64,000 nucleotides of DNA from Candidatus Magasanikiibacteriota bacterium. GTDB lineage: Bacteria > Patescibacteriota > Patescibacteriia > Magasanikbacterales > UBA922. The translations under genes and the position numbers were made by a program. The notes beneath the pieces were generated by a model. It saw only the letters and a program-made list of their open reading frames with translations, made no database searches and was not told the origin of the DNA. Below, in pieces: positions 1 through 9,294 of this stretch; positions within the stretch are counted from its first letter, which is position 1, and each line of letters opens with the position of its first letter. The stretch is from assembly GCA_016193335.1 (NCBI GenBank), contig JACPSK010000001.1:422962-486961 (forward strand), read 5' to 3'.

Positions 1-1975
1 AAACCGCGGACAGCTCGGACAATATCCAACGATCGGCCAAAGTCCAGGGCTCAGGTTTTGTTAGATTTTGTACCGGTTCTTCCATGTTCAAAAGCATGAA
101 ACGGGAAATATTCCACAATTTATTGGTAAAATTCCGGAATCCGGCAATTTTTTCCTCTGACAGGCGGGAATCCACTCCCGGGCTTGACCCAATAAGCAAA
201 GATAAACGAGTCGCGTCTGTGCCATATCTTTCGCACATATCCAAAGGATCAATGATATTGTCCAAAGATTTGCTCATTTTTCTGCCTTCGGCGTCGCGGA
301 CCAAGCCATGGAGATAGACTGTCTTAAACGGAATTTCTCCCAACAAAAAACCGCTCATAAGAATCATGCGAGCCACCCAGAAAAAAAGAATATCATAGCC
401 TGTTTCAAGTACGCTCGTGGGATGGTAATTCGCCAGATCATTCTGAGGTCCAGGCTCGCCCGCCTTGGGATTCACAAAATCAGGCCAGCCAAGAGGAGAA
501 AAACTAAAAAGTCCGGCGCTAAACCAGGTATCCAAGGTGTCTGGATCTTGCCCTAACTTCGCTGTGCCGCAATGCGGGCAGTTCTTTGGATCTTCAATGG
601 AGACAATCGGCTCTTTGCATTCCGGTTTGCATGCTCCCTCCCCCGCGCAGTACCAAGCCGGCACTTGATGCCCAAACCAAATCTGTCGTGAAATGCACCA
701 GTCTTCTAAATGTTCGATCCAATGAAAATATGTTTTTTCAAATCGCTCGGGCACTATATCCACTTGTTTTGATCGGACAACATGAAGCATCAATTCTTTG
801 AGAGAGGTTTCTTGGCCCGCGGCGATACCATTGATGTGAGAATGAGACATTTTGAATTTTTTATCCACATCCACCCACCATTGTTTCATGATCTGCGGCT
901 CAATTTGGCCGCCGCCGCGGCTGTTCACGGCAAGAGAATGTTCATACGTTTCGTCAACGCGGGTGAGCAGACCTTTGTGTTTTAATTTTTCCACGATCTT
1001 AGGCCTGGCTTCTAAAATATTCATTCCCGCAAATTCACCGGCCACAGACAATAATCTCCCCTCCAAGTCTATAATCTGTTGTTTGTCCAGACCATGGCGT
1101 TCGGCTATAAAAAAATCATTGTTGTCATGCCAAGGAGTAATGGTCATTACGCCACTGCCAAATTCAGGATCCACGGCTTCGTCTTTTATAACTGTAGCAA
1201 TAATAGGCCCGTTGATCCATTCACATTCAAAGGTGTCCCCTTGTTTATATTGTTTATAGCGCTCGTCATCAGGATGCATAACCACGTATTTGTCTCCGAA
1301 TTTCGTTTCCGGGCGCGCTGTTCCAATTTCAAAAGGACCATACTGAAAATAATAAAAGGGCGCTTTTTCTTCTTTTCGAAAAACTTCTATATCCGAAACA
1401 TTGGATTGCATCTTCGGATCCCAATTCACGATACGGTCGCCCCTATAAATGAGCCCCTCATCATACATGCGCTTAAATGCAGTCCTCACCGCCCGGTTTC
1501 GTTTTTCATCCAAAGAATAATACTCCCGGCTCCAATCCATGGACGTGCCCATTCGTTTGGCTTGATTTACGATGGTATCGTGCGAATTCCGCGCGTAATT
1601 TCGAACCCTCTCCAAAAATGCTTCACGACCCAGATCATGGCGGGTGCGCTTCTCTTCGTTCCACATAATTTTTTCCACCTTCTCTTGAGTAGCGATGGCC
1701 GCGTGGTCTGTGCCAGGAACCCAGAGCGTGCGGTCACCCTTCATCCGGTGATAACGTATCATCACATCTTCTATGGCAAGCATCACCGCGTGGCCTATAT
1801 GAAGCGTGCCCGTAACATTCGGCGGAGGCAAAACAATGGAAAAAGCGGGCGCGTCCTCTTTTGAAATGCCCTGCTTTACGCAAAAATCCGGATCAAAAAA
1901 TCCACTGTCTTCCCAGCGTTTGTATATATTATTTTCGTATCTTTCGGCTTCGTAGGCTTTGGGCAATTCCTTCAT
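1..1975 (-). CDS. valS: valyl-tRNA synthetase, partial (N-terminal ~658 aa; C-terminus runs off window start)
   Basis: Minus-strand translation from ATG at 1975 gives MKELPKAYEAERYEN... It contains PPPNVTGTLHIGHA (class I HIGH motif in its ValRS context) and KMSKSLDN (KMSKS) near position 260. No stop lies before position 1, so it is absent from the ORF track. Confidence 0.85.
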   Translation of the reverse strand, partial: MKELPKAYEAERYENNIYKRWEDSGFFDPDFCVKQGISKEDAPAFSIVLPPPNVTGTLHIGHAVMLAIEDVMIRYHRMKGDRTLWVPGTDHAAIATQEKVEKIMWNEEKRTRHDLGREAFLERVRNYARNSHDTIVNQAKRMGTSMDWSREYYSLDEKRNRAVRTAFKRMYDEGLIYRGDRIVNWDPKMQSNVSDIEVFRKEEKAPFYYFQYGPFEIGTARPETKFGDKYVVMHPDDERYKQYKQGDTFECEWINGPIIATVIKDEAVDPEFGSGVMTITPWHDNNDFFIAERHGLDKQQIIDLEGRLLSVAGEFAGMNILEARPKIVEKLKHKGLLTRVDETYEHSLAVNSRGGGQIEPQIMKQWWVDVDKKFKMSHSHINGIAAGQETSLKELMLHVVRSKQVDIVPERFEKTYFHWIEHLEDWCISRQIWFGHQVPAWYCAGEGACKPECKEPIVSIEDPKNCPHCGTAKLGQDPDTLDTWFSAGLFSFSPLGWPDFVNPKAGEPGPQNDLANYHPTSVLETGYDILFFWVARMILMSGFLLGEIPFKTVYLHGLVRDAEGRKMSKSLDNIIDPLDMCERYGTDATRLSLLIGSSPGVDSRLSEEKIAGFRNFTNKLWNISRFMLLNMEEPVQNLTKPEPWTLADRWILSELSAV

Positions 1976-2119
1976 AAAAAAATTCTCTCTCCTGCAAGAA
2001 CCGCAAGATGCTAAAGTTCCTGTATTGTAATTAGAGAAAGACAAAAAATCAAGCGTGGACTAAAAAAATAGGCATTTTTGTCCCCCGGACAAGGCTCCTC
2101 ATCCATAGCTCTTTTTCCT

Positions 2120-2149
2120 GTTGACAAAGCGAAAAAACACTGCTACACT
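2120..2149 (+). promoter_or_regulatory. sigma70-like promoter TTGACA-17-TACACT
   Basis: TTGACA at 2121-2126, a 17-nt spacer, then TACACT at 2144-2149. The TTG start the ORF track lists at 2121 lies inside the -35 box. Confidence 0.5.
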
Positions 2150-2186
2150 GAGCAACTATTTAAAAAATAGCAGACTTGTCTTTTTT

Positions 2187-3341
2187 ATGTCACTCCACAT
2201 ATACGAGCAGATACAAAAACAAATTGAGGGTAAAAAACATATTTTGATATGTTTTGACAAGAACAGCAAAGGCGACGCAATCGGAAGCGCCGCGGCTTTT
2301 GCGTCTTTTCTAAAACAAAAAAGCCAACGCTTTGATATTGTTTCGGCCGACTTTGCCTTGCCCAAAGAATACGAATTTTTAAAAGAGACCAAAAACATAC
2401 AAAACGCCCTAAGCAAAGCCAGAAAATGTATACTTTCCATTGACATAAAAAACACGGGCCTCAAAGAACTGAGCTATGATCTCTTGGAAAATAAACTCCG
2501 CATTTTTATTACTCCAAAGCAAGGCTCCATACATAAAGAACAGATCAGCACCGCGCAATCCGAATATGTATATGATCTCATCATTGTCCTCGACACCCCG
2601 GATCTTCTCTCGCTCGGGACGCTATACACGAACAATACCGATTTGTTTGATCGCACTCCCATCATCAATATAGATCACAAACAGTCCAACGAACATTTCG
2701 GCCACATCAATCTCGTGGACATAACCGCGAGCAGCACTGCCGAAATTGTGTTTGCCCTCCTTGGCCGCGTCAATGGAGAATACATAAACGCGGAAACGGC
2801 CACCGCCCTCCTCACCGGCATGATCGGGGGCACAAACAGTTTTAAGGCAGAAAATGTAAAAACCCAGGCCCTTTCAGCCGCAAGCGAACTGGTGCGTTTG
2901 GGAGCGGACAGAAACTATATCATCAAAAATTTGTACCGAACCAAATCCATAGCCACCTTCAAACTCTGGGGCTCGGTTTTGTCTCACCTGGAATACGACA
3001 AAAATGCAGGCCTTGTCTGGTCTCTCATCACCAGAGAAGACTTCGCGCGTTCCGGAGCTCAAGAATCGGATCTGCACGCCATCATCAAAGAGCTTATTTC
3101 AAACGCCCCTGAAGCAAAAGTAATCCTGCTTCTCCACGAACATCCGGGAAGCGCAGATGCAGGAGCGATACACGGCATCGTGGAAAGCAACGGATCTGCC
3201 GATGCTCTGGAACTTAGCAAACGCTACAAAGGATCAGGCTCTCGCCAAAGCGCTTCTTTCACTATCGAAGAAGGAAAAAACCTCAAAGAAACGGCGGACG
3301 AAGTCCTGGATTATATCCGATCCTTACTGAAAATGAGATAA
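2187..3341 (+). CDS. DHH/DHHA1 family phosphoesterase (NrnA-like); start probably ATG 2187, downstream of the promoter
   Basis: A DHH-like segment (NIDHKQSNEHFGHINLVD), a GGT motif and overall DHH-DHHA1 architecture. This is a family-level call only. Confidence 0.65.
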   Translation: MSLHIYEQIQKQIEGKKHILICFDKNSKGDAIGSAAAFASFLKQKSQRFDIVSADFALPKEYEFLKETKNIQNALSKARKCILSIDIKNTGLKELSYDLLENKLRIFITPKQGSIHKEQISTAQSEYVYDLIIVLDTPDLLSLGTLYTNNTDLFDRTPIINIDHKQSNEHFGHINLVDITASSTAEIVFALLGRVNGEYINAETATALLTGMIGGTNSFKAENVKTQALSAASELVRLGADRNYIIKNLYRTKSIATFKLWGSVLSHLEYDKNAGLVWSLITREDFARSGAQESDLHAIIKELISNAPEAKVILLLHEHPGSADAGAIHGIVESNGSADALELSKRYKGSGSRQSASFTIEEGKNLKETADEVLDYIRSLLKMR

Positions 3342-3404
3342 ACTCATAAGGAATTTTAATTTCTAATTTTTAATTTTTAGTTTTTAAACAATTTTTGATG
3401 GCTT

Positions 3405-3490
3405 ATTTTTAATTATCTAAACGAAATACCGCTATCTGAAAGATACCTTCGCAGACTTGATCATTAGAAATTAAGAGAATAGAAATTCAT
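3405..3490 (-). repeat. intergenic repeat family copy A (core attctcttaatttctaat...ggtatctttcagatagcggtatttcgttt), inverted relative to copies B and C
   Basis: The reverse complement of 3413-3487 aligns at ~85% with 9178-9263. The core is flanked by AT-rich aatttttaattt/aaattgtaaattaaaaatt tracts. Confidence 0.6.
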
Positions 3491-3520
3491 TAAAAATCAT
3501 AAATTTTAAATTAAAAATTG

Positions 3521-5098
3521 TTAAATCAAAGGTCTTCCGGTCATCTCTTTGGGCGCTTTTACTCCCAAAATAGAAAGCACAGTCGGGGCCACATCCGCGA
3601 GCATGCCCACCGGATGAAGCAAACTCAAATCTCCGTTCGGCGGATCTCCGGCAGGGCCGCTCTGTCCATGATAGGCAGAACCGACAATGAGGAGAGGCAC
3701 CGGATTGGTGCTGTGTTCTTTATCTTTCTCACCGGTTTGCAAATTGATTACTTCTTCCGCGTTTCCATGATCGGCCGTAATGATGAGCACACCACCCTTG
3801 GCCAAAATTTGTTCGGCAATCTGTCCCAGGGCCTTGTCAACGGCCTCGCATCCTTTAATGGTCGCGGCGAGATTTCCTGTATGGCCCACCATATCCGCGT
3901 TCGCGAAATTAAGCATAATCAGATCATAAGAATCTGAATCTATGGCTTTGAGTACCTGCTTGGCGATTTTCAAAGCCGACATTTCCGGTTCTTTGTCATA
4001 AGAAGATACTTTCGGAGAAGGAATAATTTTACGATCCTCACCTGGGAAAGGATCCTCAATCGTGCCATTTATGAAAAAGGTAATGTGCGCGTACTTTTCT
4101 GTTTCAGCTATATGAAATTGTTTCAAACCTTTTTTACTTATCACTTCGGCGAGACAATTCGTTACCACCACTGGCGGATATGCCACCAAAACCGGTATGT
4201 CTTTTTCGTATTCTGCCATGGTCACAAACAAAAAATCTTTTATGGTTTCCCTGTGAAATTTGGCAAAGCTCGGCAGGGCGAATGCCTCAGTAAGCTGGCG
4301 GGCTCGGTCTGGTCTGAAATTAAAAAAAATCGCCGCGTCGCCTTTTTCAATCCTCGCCACCGGCTCATCCGCTTTGCCCATGACAACCGGCACGAACTCT
4401 TCATCAAAAATTCCCTTGTCATAAGAAGCCTTTACCGCGTCTTCAGGGTCTTTGTAATATTCGTCAGAGATTCCTTCGGCCATGGCCCGATAGGCCTTTT
4501 CAATTCTATCCCAACGGTTATCTCTGTCCATGGCCCAGTATCTTCCTGAGACAGAAGCAATCTCGCCTACTTTTATTTTTTTCATTACTTTTTGAAGAGC
4601 TTTCACAAAATCAATTGCGCTCTTTTCTTGAGTGTCGCGACCGTCGAGTATGGCGTGGACAAAAACTTTTTTTATTTTCTGTTTTTTGGCAAATTCCAAA
4701 AGAGCGTATAGGTGATCTTGGGCAGCGTGCACATTCCCCGGACTCAGCAAACCTATAAAGTGTAACCGCGTTTTTTGTTCTCTTACATGTTCAGCAGCTC
4801 TTAAAAAATTTTCATTTGAAAAAAAAGATTTATCCGCGATGCTCTTATTTATTCTGGGAAAAGTTTGATAATACACGCGACCCGCGCCAATGTTCAGATG
4901 TCCGACTTCCGAGTTGCCCATTTCACCGAAAGAAAGCCCTACTTCATTTCCAGACGCGTAAAGAGTCATGGCCGGATATTCTGCCATAAATTTATCCACG
5001 TTGGGCGTGTTGGCTCTCGCGATTGCGTTGCCTTCATGATCAGGCGCTATGCCCCAACCGTCAAGAACCGCGAGAACCACTGGTTTAGGATGGTCCAT
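3521..5098 (-). CDS. gpmI: 2,3-bisphosphoglycerate-independent phosphoglycerate mutase
   Basis: MDHPKPVVLAVLDGWGIAPD..NSEVGHLNIGAGRV; full-length iPGM. The ORF could extend to 5122. Confidence 0.9.
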   Translation of the reverse strand: MDHPKPVVLAVLDGWGIAPDHEGNAIARANTPNVDKFMAEYPAMTLYASGNEVGLSFGEMGNSEVGHLNIGAGRVYYQTFPRINKSIADKSFFSNENFLRAAEHVREQKTRLHFIGLLSPGNVHAAQDHLYALLEFAKKQKIKKVFVHAILDGRDTQEKSAIDFVKALQKVMKKIKVGEIASVSGRYWAMDRDNRWDRIEKAYRAMAEGISDEYYKDPEDAVKASYDKGIFDEEFVPVVMGKADEPVARIEKGDAAIFFNFRPDRARQLTEAFALPSFAKFHRETIKDFLFVTMAEYEKDIPVLVAYPPVVVTNCLAEVISKKGLKQFHIAETEKYAHITFFINGTIEDPFPGEDRKIIPSPKVSSYDKEPEMSALKIAKQVLKAIDSDSYDLIMLNFANADMVGHTGNLAATIKGCEAVDKALGQIAEQILAKGGVLIITADHGNAEEVINLQTGEKDKEHSTNPVPLLIVGSAYHGQSGPAGDPPNGDLSLLHPVGMLADVAPTVLSILGVKAPKEMTGRPLI

Positions 5099-5198
5099 AG
5101 AAAAAACATCTTGAAAAATCAATTCCTTCTCAATAGATTTTTGAAATTTTAACTTTCAATTTATAAATTTTTAAACAATCTTAGAGAATGATCCTCGC

Positions 5199-6797
5199 TC
5201 AATATCTGCCCAAGAGAGAGGCGCCGGTCATTTCTTTCGGCTTTTTTATGTTCATCAATTGTAGCAATGTAGGAGCCACATCGGCAAGCCTCCCGGTCCT
5301 TTTGCGGCAGCGCCTGCCTTTGAGATCCTGCCTAACCACTACAAAAGGTACCATATTGGCGGTATGCTCAGTTAAAGCTTCCCCGCTTTTTTCGTCAAGC
5401 ATGGTTTCCGCGTTTCCATGATCCGCCGTGATTATCACCTGTCCATATCTTTTCAAAACCGCCTGTACCAACCGATGGACTTGTTTATCAAGAAGCCGTA
5501 TGGCTCTCTGAGCCGCCTGGATATTCCCCGTATGACCAAGCATATCGGCATTAGGAAAATTTACAGCCACAAAATCATATTCCTTTTTTCGTATGTGCTC
5601 AAGTATTCGGGACGCCACAGCGCTCGAACGCATGCCCGGATTCTGTATATACGAATATTCATCCCCGGAACGAATGAGCTCCCGTTTTTCTCCATTGATT
5701 GGCTGAGGATAGCCACCATTGATAAAATAAGTAACATGAGCGTATTTTTCTGTCTCAGATATGTACAATTGTCTATAGCTTGAACCTATGGCCTTGGCCA
5801 GGCACTCTGATATATCCGGGCTTGGAAAAGCGGTAAGCATATTGGGAAGATCCGGACCAAAATCCGTCATAGCTACAAAACGTATATCTTTGGGCCAACG
5901 TTTTCTTTTGAATGATCCTGGATTTTTTTTTGCGAAATCAGGCTGGACAAAAGCCTTGGCCAATTGCCGAGCTCTGTCGCTCCTGGCATTGAAAAAAAAC
6001 ACAGCGTCATTGTCTCCTACCGTGGCTATGGGACGCCCGGCTTTGCATATGATACTCGGCTGTATATATTCATCATTTTCACCTCGGTTGTAAGCTTCGG
6101 CTATAGCGTCTTCCGCGCTTCCGTCTTTGAGACCAGAACCCAAAACCATGGCATGGTAAGCCTTCTCGGTCCTCTCCCATAATTTATTCCGATCCATGGC
6201 GTAGAAACGTCCGATGACAGTGGCGATTTTCTCGCCATTCTTCATGCGCGCTCTCAGGTTGCTGAGATATCTAACCGAAGAATGGGGAGAAGAATCTCGT
6301 CCATCAGTAAATAAATGCAAAAAAACTTTTCTATGTTTATTCCTTCTGAAATAATCCAAAAGGGCGTAAAGATGATCTGGATGAGCATGGGCGCTCTGCC
6401 CATCAGTGAGCAAACCCATAATATGGGCGGCTGTATTGTGTTTTTGTATGTGACACAGAGCTTGGTGAAAAGCTTCATTTTTAAAAAAAGTGCCGTTTTT
6501 GATCGCTTCGGAAATCATCAGCAAATCTTGTTTAAGCACCCGACCGGCGCCGATGTTTAGATGCCCTGCTTCGGAATTTCCGGCTTGCCCGGGAAACAAA
6601 CCGACATCAACTCCGTGCGCCTTAAGACGGGCGCTGGGATAAGAACGCAGATATTCAAATATATGAGGAGCCTGCGCCGGAGTTATGGCGTTTCCTTTAC
6701 GAGTGAAATCGGCCAAGCCGAAGCCATCCAAAATAATAAAAAGAGTGAGCCGCTTTTTATTATCATCACTTATCTTTTTTTTAGTTTTTATTACCAT
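5199..6797 (-). CDS. second, divergent iPGM-family paralogue (phosphoglycerate mutase-like, alkaline-phosphatase superfamily)
   Basis: LFIILDGFGLAD..GNSEAGHLNIGAGRV and a C-terminal ADHGNAE motif. It lies in tandem with gpmI. Confidence 0.8.
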   Translation of the reverse strand: MVIKTKKKISDDNKKRLTLFIILDGFGLADFTRKGNAITPAQAPHIFEYLRSYPSARLKAHGVDVGLFPGQAGNSEAGHLNIGAGRVLKQDLLMISEAIKNGTFFKNEAFHQALCHIQKHNTAAHIMGLLTDGQSAHAHPDHLYALLDYFRRNKHRKVFLHLFTDGRDSSPHSSVRYLSNLRARMKNGEKIATVIGRFYAMDRNKLWERTEKAYHAMVLGSGLKDGSAEDAIAEAYNRGENDEYIQPSIICKAGRPIATVGDNDAVFFFNARSDRARQLAKAFVQPDFAKKNPGSFKRKRWPKDIRFVAMTDFGPDLPNMLTAFPSPDISECLAKAIGSSYRQLYISETEKYAHVTYFINGGYPQPINGEKRELIRSGDEYSYIQNPGMRSSAVASRILEHIRKKEYDFVAVNFPNADMLGHTGNIQAAQRAIRLLDKQVHRLVQAVLKRYGQVIITADHGNAETMLDEKSGEALTEHTANMVPFVVVRQDLKGRRCRKRTGRLADVAPTLLQLMNIKKPKEMTGASLLGRY

Positions 6798-6855
6798 ACA
6801 GACTATACAAGCGGGTTGCCCCGCTTTATATTATATCTTTTCCCGAATAGAATTT

Positions 6856-8112
6856 CTAAAATCCCAATTCATCCTCTATTTCCATCAGCCTATTATACTT
6901 TTCCACCCGCTCTGATCTCGAGAGCGAACCTGTTTTGATGAATTCGGCGTTCACGGCAACGGAAAGATCTGATATAAAGGTATCTGAAGTTTCTCCCGAA
7001 CGATGAGAGACTGAAATCGCGTATTTATGTTTCTGCGCCAGAGAAATCGCGTCAATCGTTTCGCTGAGTGAGCCTATTTGATTTACTTTTATAAGCACCG
7101 CGGTCGCCACATTCATTTCTATCGCTTTTTTGATGCGCTCGGTATTGGTAACGAGGAGGTCGTCACCAACGATGTGAATTTTCCCTTTAACCTGCTTGGT
7201 ACATTTCTGCCAAGCTTCCCAATCGTCTTCATCGAGCGGATCCTCGACAGAAATAATCGGATATTTTTTTATCCAAGTTTCTAGTATTGAAATGATATGG
7301 TCTGAATCGATAGCGGATTTCGCGTCGGCAAAATAATATTTCCCTTTGCGATGAAATTCACTCGCGGCCCAATCCATGGCTATCATTACTTGTTTCCCCG
7401 GCGCGTAGTCCGCTTTTCTTATCGCTTGGACAATATAACGCAGAGCTTGTTCATTATTTGTCAATTCAGGCGCAAATCCTCCCTCATCCCCCACGCCGGT
7501 CGCGAATCCTTTTGAGCGCAAAATACGGTGGAGAGCTTGGAACACCTCGGCCCCCATACGCACACGCTCAGAAAACCGGCGATTGATCGGCACAATCATG
7601 AATTCCTGAATCGAAAGCCCATTGTCCGCGTGCCGTCCGCCGTTCAAAATGTTCATGGTCGGGACCGGCATACGCCAACTCTTATACGAAAGGCCGAATG
7701 TTTGGCGAATGTGTTTGTACAAAGGCTGGCCTTTGCTCTCTGCGGCCGCTCTCGCGCAAGCAAGTGAAACGGACAAAATGGCGTTAGCGCCAAGTTTGCT
7801 TTTGTTTGGCGTTCCATCGAGCGCAAGCATGACCTTATCTATATCGCGCTGTTTTGAAGCGTCCACCCCCGCGAGCGCTTTCCTTATAAGGGTGTTTACA
7901 TTTTTTACGGCTTTCAAAACTCCCTTGCCATTGTAACGTCTCGCGCCGTCTCTCAGTTCTAAAGCTTCGTGCGTACCCGTAGAAGCTCCGCTCGGCACCG
8001 CCGCCTCCGCTTTACTGCCGTCCTGAAGGATAACCCATGTCCTCAGGCTGGGGTTGCCTCGTGAATCCAAAATTTCTCTGGCTATTATCTGTTTTATGCT
8101 TTGTGCAACCAT
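6856..8112 (-). CDS. eno: enolase
   Basis: MVAQSIKQIIAREILDSRGNPSLRT..SHRSGETSDTFISDLSVA; canonical enolase motifs. Confidence 0.95.
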   Translation of the reverse strand: MVAQSIKQIIAREILDSRGNPSLRTWVILQDGSKAEAAVPSGASTGTHEALELRDGARRYNGKGVLKAVKNVNTLIRKALAGVDASKQRDIDKVMLALDGTPNKSKLGANAILSVSLACARAAAESKGQPLYKHIRQTFGLSYKSWRMPVPTMNILNGGRHADNGLSIQEFMIVPINRRFSERVRMGAEVFQALHRILRSKGFATGVGDEGGFAPELTNNEQALRYIVQAIRKADYAPGKQVMIAMDWAASEFHRKGKYYFADAKSAIDSDHIISILETWIKKYPIISVEDPLDEDDWEAWQKCTKQVKGKIHIVGDDLLVTNTERIKKAIEMNVATAVLIKVNQIGSLSETIDAISLAQKHKYAISVSHRSGETSDTFISDLSVAVNAEFIKTGSLSRSERVEKYNRLMEIEDELGF

Positions 8113-8132
8113 AGCTTCGAAAGTTCAAACAT

Positions 8133-8981
8133 TTACTGTATTTCCAACACCACGTTCACGTTCATGCGAATTTCCATACTTCCGGAAGACACCTCCGGCG
8201 CGGCTCCTCCGCCCATTCCGGATTCCATTGAGTACAGTCTCCCATCAAGGTTTCCGGGAGACACTTCAAATTCGCTATAAGAAGCAAGGCCCAAAACTCT
8301 TACTCCAAGAGATTGAGTAAGGCCGAGCGTTTTTTCTTTTATGCGCTCCAGAGCTTTTCTACGCGCTTCTGCCACATACACTTCTTTATCATCTATAGTA
8401 AAATTCAATCCGCTTACACTGTTTGCCCCCACTTCGCCTGCCAAATTCAAAACAGCGCTTGCGTTTTCAAGATTACGAATTTTAATTTCCAATTGTTGAT
8501 TCACTTCATAACCTTTCAAAACTCTACCTTCCTTTTCCGTATAATCGTACATGGGATAAATATTATAAGCCACGGTCCTCATGTCTTTGGATTCCACCCC
8601 AAAGGCCTGCAATCTTTCTGTCAGCTTGTTCATCACCTCTGTGTTTTTTTGTTGTGATTCCGCCACTGTCTTCCCCTCTGAAATCATGCCTATAGTTGTG
8701 ACAGCGATATCCGGCCTGGCTGTAGCCGCTCCTTCGGCTTCTATGTTTATAGTCCGTTGAAGATGCTCGGCTTCCCCGATGGCCTCGTAGGTTTTGAGAT
8801 TATTTCTAATGATAGTGGCAACCCAAACGATAATATACACAAGGAGAATTCCGAGAAGTGTTACAAGCATCTTTTGAACAAAATGATTTGACCAGCAAGA
8901 AGAGGATGTCGCGCTTGGATGGCAGAGTCCACTGTTTCCACAGCAGTCTCCTTTTTTGTTTGAACTTTTTTTGACAGGCAT
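8133..8981 (-). CDS. SIMPL/DUF541 domain protein, N-terminal membrane anchor
   Basis: One TM helix (LVTLLGILLVYIIVWVATII) followed by a SIMPL-like fold (…NIEAEGAATARPDIAV…LEIKIRNLE…). It sits between eno and pgk. Confidence 0.6.
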   Translation of the reverse strand: MPVKKSSNKKGDCCGNSGLCHPSATSSSCWSNHFVQKMLVTLLGILLVYIIVWVATIIRNNLKTYEAIGEAEHLQRTINIEAEGAATARPDIAVTTIGMISEGKTVAESQQKNTEVMNKLTERLQAFGVESKDMRTVAYNIYPMYDYTEKEGRVLKGYEVNQQLEIKIRNLENASAVLNLAGEVGANSVSGLNFTIDDKEVYVAEARRKALERIKEKTLGLTQSLGVRVLGLASYSEFEVSPGNLDGRLYSMESGMGGGAAPEVSSGSMEIRMNVNVVLEIQ

Positions 8982-9177
8982 ACAGTGAAAATTTATAATT
9001 TGTAATTTGTAATTTTTAATTTAAATGATAATTTGAAAATCTTTACAGTGGCATTATACCATACAAGAAAAAAACAAGAAATCCATCATTTGTCTCAAAC
9101 ATAATCATACCAATGCGAGAGGAACTAACATTTTAATTTTTAATTTATAATTTTTATCCAATTTTCAATCTTTAAAC

Positions 9178-9263
9178 AATTTCTATTCTCTTAATTTCTA
9201 ATAGCTGAGTCTGCTATAAGGTATCTTTCAGATAGCGGTATTTCGTTTGGATCATTAGAAATT
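9178..9263 (+). repeat. intergenic repeat family copy B
   Basis: aatttctattctcttaatttctaat…aaggtatctttcagatagcggtatttcgtttggatcattagaaatt, flanked by AT-rich tracts. Confidence 0.6.
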
Positions 9264-9294
9264 ATGTCATTACAAATTGTTTAAAAATTATAAA

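Noticed and set aside
2121-2186. TTG start at 2121 for the DHH phosphoesterase
   Set aside because: It lies inside the TTGACA -35 box of the gene's own promoter. The first ATG downstream of the predicted TSS (2187) is used instead.
3518-4549. Antisense ORFs overlapping gpmI (3518..3937 +, 4085..4549 +, 4240..4422 -), and similar ones over eno, pgk, gap, gyrB, ftsH and others
   Set aside because: They are fully embedded in strongly supported housekeeping CDSs on the opposite strand and have nonsense-like composition.
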